From Nemertoderma westbladi (Eukaryota; Animalia; Xenacoelomorpha), in NCBI GenBank assembly GCA_032718475.1, contig JAUCBJ010008070.1, positions 27,932-91,931 on the forward strand: a stretch of DNA of 64,000 nucleotides, read 5' to 3'. Within the stretch, counting starts at the first letter, position 1. The number at the start of each line of letters is the position of its first letter. Below, one piece after another: positions 39,319 through 53,800 of this stretch. The notes under the pieces were generated by a model, which was given only the letters and a program-made list of their open reading frames with translations, was not told where the DNA came from and did not search any database. The position numbers and the translations under genes are program-made.

Positions 39319-42300
39319 AGTACCACGGTATTAAACAGCTTTACTATACAGTACCACGTTATTAAACAGCTTCACTATACAGTACGCGATTATTAAACAG
39401 CTTCACTATACAGTGCCACGTTATTAAACAGCTTCACTATACAGTAATACGTGATTAATCAGCTTCACTATACAGTACCACGTGATCAAACAGGTTCACT
39501 ATACAGTACCACGTTATTAAACAGCTTCACTCTACAGTACCACGTTATTAAACAGCTTCACTATACAGTACCACGTTATTAAACAGCTTCACTCTACAGT
39601 GCCACGTTATTAAACAGCTTCACTATACAGTACCACGTTATTAAACAGCTTCACTCTACAGTGCCACGTTATTAAACAGCTTCACTATACAGTACCACGT
39701 GATTAAACAGCTTCACTATACAGTATCACGTTATTAAACAGCTTCACTATACAGTACCACGTTATTAAACAGCTTCACTCTACAGTACCACGTTATTAAA
39801 CAGCTTCACTATACAGTACCACGTTATTAAACAGCTTCACTCTACAGTACCACGTTATTAAACAGCTTCACTATACAGTAATAAGTGATTAAACGGCTTC
39901 ACTATACACAGTACCACGTTATTAAACAGCTTCACTATACAGTACCACGGTATTAAACAGCTTCACTATACAGTACTACGTGATTAAACAGCTTCACTAT
40001 ACAGTGCCACGTTATTAAACAGCTTCACTATACAATAATACGCGATTAAACAGCTTCACTATACAATAATACGTGATTAAACGGCTTCACTATACACAGT
40101 ACCACGTTATTAAACAGCTTCACTATACAGTACCACGTGATTAAACAGTTTCACTATACAGTACCACGGTATTAAACAGCTTTACTATACAGTGCCACGG
40201 TATTAAACAGCTTCACTATACAGTAATACGTGATTAAACAGCTTCACTATACAGTACCACGTTATTAAACAGCTTCACTATACAGTACCACGGTATTAAA
40301 CAGCTTCACTATACAGTACCACGGTATTAAACAGCTTCACTATACAGTACCACGTTATTAAACAGCTTCACTCTACAGTGCCACGTTATTAAACAGCTTC
40401 ACTATACACAGTACCACGTTATTAAACAGCTTCACTATACAGTACCACGGTATTAAACAGCTTCACTATACAGTAATACGTGATTAAACAGCTTCACTAT
40501 ACAGTACCACGGTCTTAAACAGCTTCACTATACAGTACCACGGTATTAAACAGCTTCACTATACAGTACCACGGTATTAAACAGCTTCACTATACAGTAC
40601 CACGTTATTAAACAGCTTCACTCTACAGTGCCACGTTATTAAACAGCTTCACTATACAGTAATACGTGATTAAACAGCTTCACTATACAGTACCACGGTA
40701 TTAAACAGCTTCACTATACAGTGCCACGTTATTAAACAGCTTCACTATACAGTAATACGTGATTAAACAGCTTCACTATACAGTACCACGGTATTAAACA
40801 GCTTCACTATACAGTACCACGTTATTAAACAGCTTCACTCTACAGTGCCACGTTATTAAACAGCTTTACTATACAGTAATACGTGATTAAACAGCTTCAC
40901 TTTACAGTGCCACGTTATTAAACAGCTTCACTATACAGTAATACGTGATTAAACAGCTTCACTATACAGTACCACGGTATTAAACAGCTTCACTATACAG
41001 TACCACGTTATTAAACAGCTTCACTATACAGTACCACGTTATTAAACAGCTTCACTATACAGTACCACGGTATTAAACAGCTTCACTATACAGTACCACG
41101 GTATTAAACAGCTTCACTATACAGTACCACGGTCTTAAACAGCTTCACTATACAGTGCCACGTTATTAAACAGCTTCACTATACAGTAATACGTGATTAA
41201 ACAGCTTCACTATACAGTACCACGGTATTAAACTACTTCACTATACAGTACCACGTTATTAAACAGCTTCACTATACAGTACCACGTTATTAAACAGCTT
41301 CACTATACAGTACCACGTTATTAAACAGCTTCACTATGCAGTACCACGGTATTAAACAGCTTCACTATACAGTACCACTGTATTAAACAGCTTCACTATA
41401 CAGTACCACGGTATTAAACAGCTTCACTATACAGTACGACGGTCTTAAACAGCTTCACTATACAGTGCCACGTTATTAAACAGCTTCGCTATACAGTAAT
41501 ACGTGATTAAACAGCTTCACTATACAGTACCACGGTATTAAACAGCTTCACTATACAGTACCACGGTATTAAACAGCTTCACTATACAGTACCACGGTCT
41601 TAAACAGCTTCACTATACAGTACCACGTTATTAAACAGCTTCACTATACAGTACCACGTTATTAAACAGCTTCACTATGCAGTACCACGGTATTAAACAG
41701 CTTCACTATACAGTACCACTGTATTAAACAGCTTCACTATACAGTACCACGGTATTAAACAGCTTCACTATACAGTACGACGGTCTTAAACAGCTTCACT
41801 ATACAGTACCACGTTATTAAACAGCTTCACTATACAGTAATACGTGATTAAACAGCTTCACTATACAGTACCACGGTATTAAACAGCGTCACTATACAGT
41901 ACCACGGTATTAAACAGCTTCACTATACAGTACCACGGTATTAAACAGCTTCACTATACAGTACCACGGTCTTAAACAGCTTCACTATACAGTACCACGG
42001 TCTTAAACAGCTTCACTATACAGTGCCACGTTATTAAACAGCTTCACTATACAGTAATACGTGATTAAACAGCTTCACTATACAGTAATACGTGATTAAA
42101 CAGCTTCACTATACAGTGCCACGGTATTAAACACCTTCACTATACAGTGCCACGTTATTAAACAGCTTCACTATACAGTAATACGTGATTGAACAGCTTC
42201 ACTATACAGTACCACGGTATTAAACAGCTTCACTATACAGTACCACGGTATTAAACAGCTTCACTATACAGTACCACGGTCTTAAACAGCTTCACTATAC

Positions 42301-45300
42301 AGTGCCACGTTATTAAAAAGCTTCACTATACAGTAATACGTGATTAAACAGCTTCACTATACAGTACCACGGTATTAAACAGCTCCACTATACAGTACCA
42401 CGGTATTAAACAGCTTCACTATACAGTACCATGGTATTAAACAGCTTCACTATACAGTACCACGGTATTAAACAGCTTCACTATACAGTACCACGTTATT
42501 AAACAGCTTCACTATAGAGTAATACGTGATTAAACAGCTTCACTATACAGTACCACGTGATTAAACAGCTTCACTATACAGTACCACGTTATCAAACAGC
42601 TTCACTATACAGTACCACGTTATTAAACAGCTTCACTATACAGTGCCACGTTATTAAACAGCTTCACTATACAGTAATACGTGATTAAACAGCTTCACTA
42701 TACAGTACCACGTGATCAAACAGGTTCACTATACAGTACCACGTGATCAAACAGGTTCACTATTCTACAGTACCACGTGATTAAACAGCTTCACTATACA
42801 GTACCACGGTATTAAACAGCTTTACTATACAGTGCCACGTTATTAAACAGCTTCACTATACAGTAATACGTGATTAAACAGCTTCACTATACAGTACCAC
42901 GTGATCAAACAGGTTCACTATACAGTACCACGTGATCAAACAGGTTCACTATTCTACAGTACCACGTGATTAAACAGCTTCACTATACAGTACCACGGTA
43001 TTAAACAGCTTTACTATACAGTGCCACGTTATTAAACAGCTTCACTATACAGTAATACGTGATTAAACAGCTTTACTATACAGTACCACGTTATCAAACA
43101 GATTCACTATACAGTACCACGTTATCAAACAGATTCACTATACAGTAATACGTGATTAAACAGCTTCACTATACAGTACCACGGTATTAAACTGCTTCAC
43201 TATACAGTACCACGTTATCAAACAGATTCACTATACAGTACCACGTTATCAAACAGATTCACTATACAGTAATACGTGATTAAACAGCTTCACTATACAG
43301 TACCACGTTATTAAACAGCTTCACTATACAGTACCACGTTATTAAACAGCTTCACTATACAGTAATACGTGATTAAACAGCTTCACTATACAGTACCACG
43401 TGATCAAACAGGTTCACTATACAGTACCACGTGATCAAACAGGTTCACTATTCTACAGTACCACGTGATTAAACAGCTTCACTATACAGTACCACGGTAT
43501 TAAACAGCTTTACTATACAGTGCCACGTTATTAAACAGCTTCACTATACAGTAATACGTGATTAAACAGCTTCACTATACAGTACCACGTGATCAAACAG
43601 GTTCACTATACAGTACCACGTGATCAAACAGGTTCACTATTCTACAGTACCACGTGATTAAACAGCTTCACTATACAGTACCACGGTATTAAACAGCTTT
43701 ACTATACAGTGCCACGTTATTAAACAGCTTCACTATACAGTAATACGTGATTAAACAGCTTTACTATACAGTACCACGTTATCAAACAGATTCACTATAC
43801 AGTACCACGTTATCAAACAGATTCACTATACAGTAATACGTGATTAAACAGCTTCACTATACAGTACCACGGTATTAAACTGCTTCACTATACAGTACCA
43901 CGTTATCAAACAGATTCACTATACAGTACCACGTTATCAAACAGATTCACTATACAGTAATACGTGATTAAACAGCTTCACTATACAGTACCACGTTATT
44001 AAACAGCTTCACTATACAGTACCACGGTATTAAACAGCTTCACTATACAGTACGACGGTCTTAAACAGCTTCACTATACAGTGCCACGTTATTAAACAGC
44101 TTCGCTATACAGTAATACGTGATTAAACAGCTTCACTATACAGTACCACGGTATTAAACAGCTTCACTATACAGTACCACGGTATTAAACAGCTTCACTA
44201 TACAGTACCACGGTCTTAAACAGCTTCACTATACAGTGCCACGTTATTAAAAAGCTTCACTATACAGTAATACGTGATTAAACAGCTTCACTATACAGTA
44301 CCACGGTATTAAACAGCTTCACTATACAGTACCACGGTATTAAACAGCTTCACTATACAGTACCATGGTATTAAACAGCTTCACTATACAGTACCACGGT
44401 CTTAAACAGCTTCACTATACAGTGCCATGTTATTAAACAGCTTCACTATACAGTAATACGTGATTAAACAGCTTCACTATACAGTAATACGTGATTAAAC
44501 AGCTTCACTATACAGTGCCACGGTATTAAACACCTTCACTATACAGTGCCACGTTATTAAACAGCTTCTCTATACAGTAATACGTGATTAAACAGCTTCA
44601 CTATACAGTACCACGGTATTAAACAGCTTCACTATACAGTACCACGGTATTAAACAGCTTCACTATACAGTACCACGGTCTTAAACAGCTTCACTATACA
44701 GTGCCACGTTATTAAAAAGCTTCACTATACAGTAATACGTGATTAAACAGCTTCACTATACAGTACCACGGTATTAAACAGCTTCACTATACAGTACCAC
44801 GGTATTAAACAGCTTCACTATACAGTACCATGGTATTAAACAGCTTCACTATACAGTACCACGGTCTTAAACAGCTTCACTATACAGTGCCACGTTATTA
44901 TACAGCTTCACTATACAGTAATACGTGATTAAACAGCTTCACTATACAGTACCACGGTATTAAACAGCTTCACTATACAGTACCACGGTATTAAACAGCT
45001 TTACTATACAGTACCACGGTCTTAAACAGCTTCACTATACAGTGCCACGTTATTAAACAGCTTCACTATACAGTACCACGTTATTAAATAGCTTCACTAT
45101 ACAGTAATACGTGATTAAACAGCTTCACTATACAGCAATACGTGATTAAACAGCTTCACTATACAGTACCACGTGATTAAACAGCTTCACTATACAGTAA
45201 TACGTGATTAAACAGCTTCACTATACAGTACCACGTGATTAAACAGCTTCACTATACAGTACCACGGTATTAAACAGCTTCACTATACAGTACCACGTGA

Positions 45301-48300
45301 TTAAACAGCTTCACTATACAGTAATACGTGATTAAACAGCTTCACTATACAGTACCACGTGATTAAACAGCTTCACTATACAGTACCACGGTATTAAACA
45401 GCTTCACTATACAGTACCACGTGATTAAACAGCTTCACTATACAGTAATACGTGATTAAACAGCTTCACTATACAGTAATACGTGATTAAACAGCTTCAC
45501 TATACAGTACCACGGTATTAAACAGCTTCACTATACAGTACCACGTGATTAAACAGCTTCACTATACAGTAATACGTGATTAAACAGCTTCACTATACAG
45601 TACCACGTGATTAAACAGCTTCACTATACAGTACCACGGTATTAAACAGCTTCACTATACAGTACCACGTGATTAAACAGCTTCACTATACAGTAATACG
45701 TGATTAAACAGCTTCACTATACAGTACCACGTGATTAAACAGCTTCACTATACAGTAATACGTGATTAAACAGCTTCACTATACAGTACCACGTGATTAA
45801 ACAGCTTCACTATACAGTACCACGGTATTAAACAGCTTCACTATACAGTACCACGTGATTAAACAGCTTCACTATACAGTAATACGTGATTAAACAGCTT
45901 CACTATACAGTACCACGTGATTAAACAGCTTCACTATACAGTACCACGTGATTAAACAGCTTCACTATACAGTGCCACGTTATTAAACAGCTTCACTATA
46001 CAGTACCACGTTATTAAACAGCTTCACTATACAGTACCACGTGATTAAACAGCTTCACTATACAGTAATACGTGATTAAACAGCTTCACTATACAGTAAT
46101 ACGTGATTAAACAGCTTCACTATACAGTAATACGTGATTAAACAGCTTCAATATACAGTACCACGTGATTAAACAGCTTCACTATACAGTAATACGTGAT
46201 TAAACAGCTTCACTATACAGTACCACGTGATTAAACAGCTTCACTATACAGTACCACGGTATTAAACAGCTTCACTATACAGTACCACGTGATTAAACAG
46301 CTTCACTATACAGTAATACGTGATTAAACAGCTTCACTATACAGTACCACGTGATTAAACAGCTTCACTATACAGTACCACGTGATTAAACAGCTTCACT
46401 ATACAGTGCCACGTTATTAAACAGCTTCACTATACAGTACCACGTTATTAAACAGCTTCACTATACAGTACCACGTGATTAAACAGCTTCACTATACAGT
46501 AATACGTGATTAAACAGCTTCACTATACAGTAATACGTGATTAAACAGCTTCACTATACAGTAATACGTGATTAAACAGCTTCACTATACAGTACCACGG
46601 TATTAAACAGCTTCACTATACAGTACCACGTGATTAAACAGCTTCACTATACAGTAATACGTGATTAAACAGCTTCACTATACAGTACCACGTGATTAAA
46701 CAGCTTCACTATACAGTACCACGGTATTAAACAGCTTCACTATACAGTACCACGTGATTAAACAGCTTCACTATACAGTAATACGTGATTAAACAGCTTC
46801 ACTATACAGTACCACGTGATTAAACAGCTTCACTATACAGTAATACGTGATTAAACAGCTTCACTATACAGTACCACGTGATTAAACAGCTTCACTATAC
46901 AGTACCACGGTATTAAACAGCTTCACTATACAGTACCACGTGATTAAACAGCTTCACTATACAGTAATACGTGATTAAACAGCTTCACTATACAGTACCA
47001 CGTGATTAAACAGCTTCACTATACAGTACCACGTGATTAAACAGCTTCACTATACAGTGCCACGTTATTAAACAGCTTCACTATACAGTACCACGTTATT
47101 AAATAGCTTCACTATACAGTAATACGTGATTAAACAGCTTCACTATACAGCAATACGTGATTAAACAGCTTCACTATACAGTACCACGTGATTAAACAGC
47201 TTCACTATACAGTACCACGGTATTAAACAGCTTCACTATACAGTACCACGTGATTAAACAGCTTCACTATACAGTAATACGTGATTAAACAGCTTCACTA
47301 TACAGTACCACGTGATTAAACAGCTTCACTATACAGTACCACGGTATTAAACAGCTTCACTATACAGTACCACGTGATTAAACAGCTTCACTATACAGTA
47401 ATACGTGATTAAACAGCTTCACTATACAGTAATACGTGATTAAACAGCTTCACTATACAGTACCACGGTATTAAACTGCTTCACTATACAGTACCACGTT
47501 ATCAAACAGATTCACTATACAGTACCACGTTATCAAACAGATTCACTATACAGTAATACGTGATTAAACAGCTTCACTATACAGTACCACGTTATTAAAC
47601 AGCTTCACTATACAGTACCACGTTATTAAACAGCTTCACTATACAGTAGTACGTGATTAAACAGCTTCACTATACAGTAATACGTGATTAAACAGTTTCA
47701 CTATACAGTACCACGGTATTAAACAGCTTCACTATACAGTACCACGTTATTAAACAGCTTCACTATACAGTAATACGTGATTAAACAGCTTCACTATACA
47801 GTACCACGTGATTAAACAGCTTCACTATACAGTACCACGTTATCAAACAGCTTCACTATACAGTACCACGTTATTAAACAGCTTCACTATACAGTGCCAC
47901 GTTATTAAACAGCTTCACTATACAGTAATACGTGATTAAACAGCTTCACTATACAGTACCACGTGATCAAACAGGTTTACTATACAGTACCACGTGATCA
48001 AACAGGTTCACTATTCTACAGTACCACGTGATTAAACAGCTTCACTATACAGTACCACGGTATTAAACAGCTTTACTATACAGTGCCACGTTATTAAACA
48101 GCTTCACTATACAGTAATATGTGATTAAACAGCTTCACTATACAGTACCACGTGATCAAACAGGTTCACTATACAGTACCACGTGATCAAACAGGTTCAC
48201 TATTCTACAGTACCACGTGATTAAACAGCTTCACTATACAGTACCACGGTATTAAACAGCTTTACTATACAGTGCCACGTTATTAAACAGCTTCACTATA

Positions 48301-50330
48301 CAGTAATACGTGATTAAACAGCTTTACTATACAGTACCACGTTATCAAACAGATCCACTATACAGTACCACGTTATCAAACAGATTCACTATACAGTAAT
48401 ACGTGATTAAACAGCTTCACTATACAGTACCACGGTATTAAACTGCTTCACTATACAGTACCACGTTATCAAACAGATTCACTATACAGTACCACGTTAT
48501 CAAACAGATTCACTATACAGTAATACGTGATTAAACAGCTTCACTATACAGTACCACGTTATTAAACAGCTTTACTATACAGTGCACGTTATTAAACAGC
48601 TTCACTATACAGTAATACGTGATTAAACAGCTTCACTATACAGTACCACGTGATCAAACAGGTTCACTATACAGTACCACGTGATCAAACAGGTTCACTA
48701 TTCTACAGTACCACGTGATTAAACAGCTTCACTATACAGTACCACGGTATTAAACAGCTTTACTATACAGTGCCACGTTATTAAACAGCTTCACTATACA
48801 GTAATACGTGATTAAACAGCTTCACTATACAGTACCACGTGATCAAACAGGTTCACTATACAGTACCACGTGATCAAACAGGTTCACTATTCTACAGTAC
48901 CACGTGATTAAACAGCTTCACTATACAGTACCACGGTATTAAACAGCTTTACTATACAGTGCCACGTTTTTAAACAGCTTCACTATACAGTAATACGTGA
49001 TTAAACAGCTTTACTATACAGTACCACGTTATCAAACAGATTCACTATACAGTACCACGTTATCAAACAGATTCACTATACAGTAATACGTGATTAAACA
49101 GCTTCACTATACAGTACCACGGTATTAAACTGATTCACTATACAGTACCACGTTATCAAACAGATTCACTATACAGTACCACGTTATCAAACAGATTCAC
49201 TATACAGTAATACGTGATTAAACAGCTTCACTATACAGTACCACGTTATTAAACAGCTTCACTATACAGTACCACGGTATTAAACAGCTTTACTATACAG
49301 TACCACGTTATCAAACAGCTTCACTATACAGTAATACGTGATTAAACAGCTTCACTATACAGTACCACGTTATTAAACAGCTTCACTATACAGTAATACG
49401 TGATTAAACAGCTTCACTATACAGTACCACGTGATTAAACAGCTTCACTATACAGTAATACGTGATTAAACAGCTTCACTATACAGTACCACGTGATTAA
49501 ACAGCTTCACTATACAGTAATACGTGATTAAACAGCTTCACTATACAGTACCACGTTATTAAACAGCTTCACTATACAGTAATACGTGATTAAACAGCTT
49601 CACTATACAGTACCACGTGATTAAACAGCTTCACTATACAGTAATACGTGATTAAACAGCTTCACTATACAGTACCACGTGATTAAACAGCTTCACTATA
49701 CAGTAATACGTGATTAAACAGCTTCACTATACAGTACCACGTTATTAAACAGCTTTACTATACAGTACCACGTTATCAAACAGCTTCACTATACAGTAAT
49801 ACGTGATTAAACAGCTTCACTATACAGTACCACGTTATTAAACAGCTTCACTATACAGTACCACGGTATTAAACAGCTTCACTATACAGTACCACGTTAT
49901 TAAACAGCTTCACTATACAGTACCACGTTATTAAACAGCTTCACTATACAGTACCACGGTATTAAACAGCTTCACTATACAGTACCACGGTATTAAACAG
50001 CTTCACTATACAGTACCACGTTATTAAACAGCTTCACTATACAGTAATACGTGATTAAACAGCTTCACTATACAGTACCACGTGATTAAACAGCTTCACT
50101 ATACAGTAATACGTGATTAAACAGCTTCACTATACAGTACCACGTGATTAAACAGCTTCACTATACAGTAATACGTGATTAAACAGCTTCACTATACAGT
50201 ACCACGTTATTAAACAGCTTTACTATACAGTACCACGTTATCAAACAGCTTCACTATACAGTAATACGTGATTAAACAGCTTCACTATACAGTACCACGT
50301 GATTAAACAGCTTCACTATACAGTCCCACG
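39319..50330 (+). repeat. 31-bp intronic satellite (ACAGTACCACGTTATTAAACAGCTTCACTAT), ~355 units
   Basis: Period 31; joins the 44-bp array seamlessly through shared AGTACCACGG; the variant TATTCTACAG marks higher-order blocks. Confidence 0.97.
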
Positions 50331-50417
50331 TAACTTATTTGCTGCAGCAAGTAGGGCAGTTATTTTCTTCGTTATTAATTTTATTTTATTATTTTTACTG
50401 TTCATTATATCTTATAG

Positions 50418-50523
50418 CAACGTGGAGTTGAATTAATGATATCTCTTGCGGAGGAGCCAAGCACGGAAGGAACACATCTACGTCATTGCGCCCAGTATAA
50501 TACGGGACTAGCTTACTTTCAAG
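50418..50523 (+). CDS. LRP2BP: LRP2BP-like exon (QRGVELMISLAEEP...HLRHCAQYNTGLAYFQ)
   Basis: TTATAG| acceptor in phase 0, fitting 22220; resembles recalled EKGVDYMKKI...HLKFAAAYNLGRAYYE; donor AAG|GTTGCT. Confidence 0.87.
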
Positions 50524-50658
50524 GTTGCTATTGTTTATCGCATTCTTTCATAGGCAATTACAAAACTATATATATTTTTAATCTGCTAAGTGTCCGTGGG
50601 GACCGTTACAGTGCCCGTTCAGTTTACCGTCATTGTAAATGTTTTGAATTTCTTTTAG

Positions 50659-50896
50659 AGACTGGCGTAAAACAATCAGATGAAGAAGCAGAGAGATGGT
50701 GGATTTTAGCTGCTGATGATGGCTCGCCAGAAGGTTCACTGAAGGCCCAGACTGCCCTTGGTCTTTTCTACTCCAGACCTGATACTATGGATTTTAAGCA
50801 ATCCTTTTTCTGGCATAATGAGGGTTGTGGTAACGGGAGTTTAGAGTCACAAGGGGCAATTGGAGCTCTATATTATTATGGGAAAGGTTGTACTAG
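50659..50896 (+). CDS. LRP2BP: LRP2BP-like exon, Sel1 repeats (TGVKQSDEEAERWWILAADDG...FFWHNEGCGNGSLESQGAIG...GKGCT)
   Basis: Strong match to recalled [20 protein letters not shown] and [26 protein letters not shown]| acceptor; TAG|GTATGT donor, phase 2. Confidence 0.93.
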
Positions 50897-53800
50897 GTAT
50901 GTAGGAGGGAAGGGATGTACCAGGTAGGTGGTGGGGAAGGGATGTACCAGGTATGTAGGAGGGAAGGGAGGTACCAGGTAGGTGGTGGGGAAGTGGTGGG
51001 GAAGGGATGTACCAGGTATGTAGGAGGGAATGGAGGTACCAGGTAGGTGGTGGGGAAGTGGTGGGGAAGGGATGTACCAGGTATGTAGGAGGGAAGGGAT
51101 GTACCATGTAGGTGGTGGGGAAGTGGTGGGGAAGGGATGTACCAGGTATGTAGGGGGGGGGGAGGGATGTACCAGGTAAGTGGTGGGGAAGGGATGTACC
51201 AGGTATGTAGGGGGGGGGGGATGTACCAGGTAAGTGGTGGGGAAGGGATGTACCAGGTATGTAGGAGGGAACGGATGCACCAGGTATGTAGGAGGGAAGG
51301 GATGTACAAGGTAGGTGGTGGGGAAGAGATGTACCATAGGTATGTAGGAGGGAAGGGATGTACCAGGTATGTAGGAGGGAAGGGATGTACCAGGTATGTA
51401 GGAGGGAAGGGATGTACCAGGTATGTAGGAGGGAAGGGATGTACCAGGTAGGTGGTGGGGAAGGGATGTACCAGGTATGTAGGAGGGAAGGGATGTACCA
51501 GGTATTTAGGAGGGAAGGGATGTACCAGGTATGTAGGAGGGAAGGGATGTACCAGGTATGTAGGAGGGAAGGGATGTACCAGGTATTTAGGAGGGAAGGG
51601 ATGTACCAGGTATGTAGGAGGGAAGGGATGTACCAGGTATGTAGGAGGGAAGGGATGTACCAGGTAGGTGGTGGGGAAGGGATGTACCAGGTATGTAGGA
51701 GGGAAGGGATGTACCAGGTAAGTAGGAGGGAAGGGATGTACCAGGTATGTAGGAGGGAAGGGATGTACAAGGTAGGTGGTGGGGAAGGGATGTACCAGGT
51801 ATGTAGGAGGGAAGGGATGTACCAGGTAGGTGTGCAAGGGAAGGGATGTACCAGGTAAGTAGGAGGGAAGGGATGTACCAGGTATGTAGGAGGGAAGGGA
51901 TGTACAAGGTAGGTGGTGGGGAAGGGATGTACCAGGTATGTAGGAGGGAACGGATGTACCAGGTATGTAGGAGGGAACGGATGTACCAGGTATGTAGGAG
52001 GGAAGGGATGTACCAGGTAGGTGGTGGGGAAGGGATGTACCAGGTATGTAGGAGGGAACGGATGTACCAGGTATGTAGGAGGGAAGGGATGTACCAGGTA
52101 TGTAGGAGGGAAGGGTTGTACCAGGTATGTAGGAGGGAACGGATGTACCAGGTATGTAGGAGGGAACGGATGTACCAGGTATGTAGGAGGGAAGGGATGT
52201 ACCAGGTAGGTGGTGGGGAAGGGATGTACCAGGTATGTAGGAGGGAAGGGATGTACCAGGTAGGTGGTGGGGAAGGGATGTACCAGGTATGTAGGAGGTT
52301 AGGGATGTACCAGGTAGGTGGTGGGGAAGGGATGTACCAGGTATGTAGGAGGGAAGGGATGTACCAGGTAGATGGTGGGGAAGGGATGTACCAGGTAGGT
52401 GGTGGGGAAGAGATGTACCATAGGTATGTAGGAGGGAAGGGATGTACCATGTAGGTGGTGGGGAAGAGATGTACCATAGGTATGTAGGAGGGAAGGGATG
52501 TACCAGGTGTGTATGAGGGAACGGATGTACCAGGTATGTAGGAGGGAAGGGATGTACAAGGTAGGTGGTGGGGAAGGGATGTACCAGGTAGGTGGTGGGG
52601 AAGAGATGTACCATAGGTATGTAGGAGGGAAGGGATGTACCAGGTATGTAGGAGGGAAGGGATGTACCAGGTATGTAGGAAGGAAGGGATGTACCAGGTA
52701 TGTAGGAGGGTAGGGATGTACCAGGTATTTAGGAGGGAAGGGATGTACCAGGTATGTAGGAGGGAAGGGATGTACCAGGTATGTAGGAGGGAAGGGATGT
52801 ACCAGGTAGGTGGTGGGGAAGGGATGTACCAGGTATGTAGGAGGGAAGGGATGTACCAGGTAAGTAGGAGGGAAGGGATGTACCAGGTAGGTGGTGGGGA
52901 AGGGATGTACCAGGTATGTAGGAGGTTAGGGATGTACCAGGTAGGTGGTGGGGAAGGGATGTACCAGGTATGTAGGAGGGAAGGGATGTACCAGGTAAGT
53001 AGGAGGGAAGGGATGTACCAGGTATGTAGGAGGGAAGGGATGTACCAGGTAGGTGGTGGGGAAGGGATGTACCAGGTATGTAGGAGGTTAGGGATGTACC
53101 AGGTAGGTGGTGGGGAAGGGATGTACCAGGTATGTAGGAGGGAAGGGGTGTACCAGGTAAGTAGGAGGGAAGGGATGTACCAGGTAAGTAGGAGGGAAGG
53201 GATGTACCAGGTATGTAGGAGGGAAGGGATGTACCAGGTAGGTGGTGGGGAAGGGATGTACCAGGTATGTAGGAGGTTAGGGATGTACCAGGTAGGTGGT
53301 GGGGAAGGGATGTACCAGGTAGGTGGTGGGGAAGGGATGTACCAGGTATGTAGGAGGTTAGGGATGTACCAGGTAGGTGGTGGGGAAGGGATGTACCAGG
53401 TATGTAGGAGGGAAGGGATGTACCAGGTAAGTAGGAGGGAAGGGATGTACCAGGTATGTAGGAGGGAAGGGATGTACAAGGTAGGTGGTGGGGAAGGGAT
53501 GTACCAGGTATGTAGGAGGGAAGGGATGTACCAGGTAGGTGTGCAAGGGAAGGGATGTACCAGGTAAGTAGGAGGGAAGGGATGTACCAGGTATGTAAGA
53601 GGGAAGGGATGTACAAGGTAGGTGGTGGGGAAGGGATGTACCAGGTATGTAGGAGGGAACGGATGTACCAGGTATGTAGGAGGGAACGGATGTACCAGGT
53701 ATGTAGGAGGGAAGGGATGTACCAGGTAGGTGGTGGGGAAGGGATGTACCAGGTATGTAGGAGGGAACGGATGTACCAGGTATGTAGGAGGGAAGGGATG

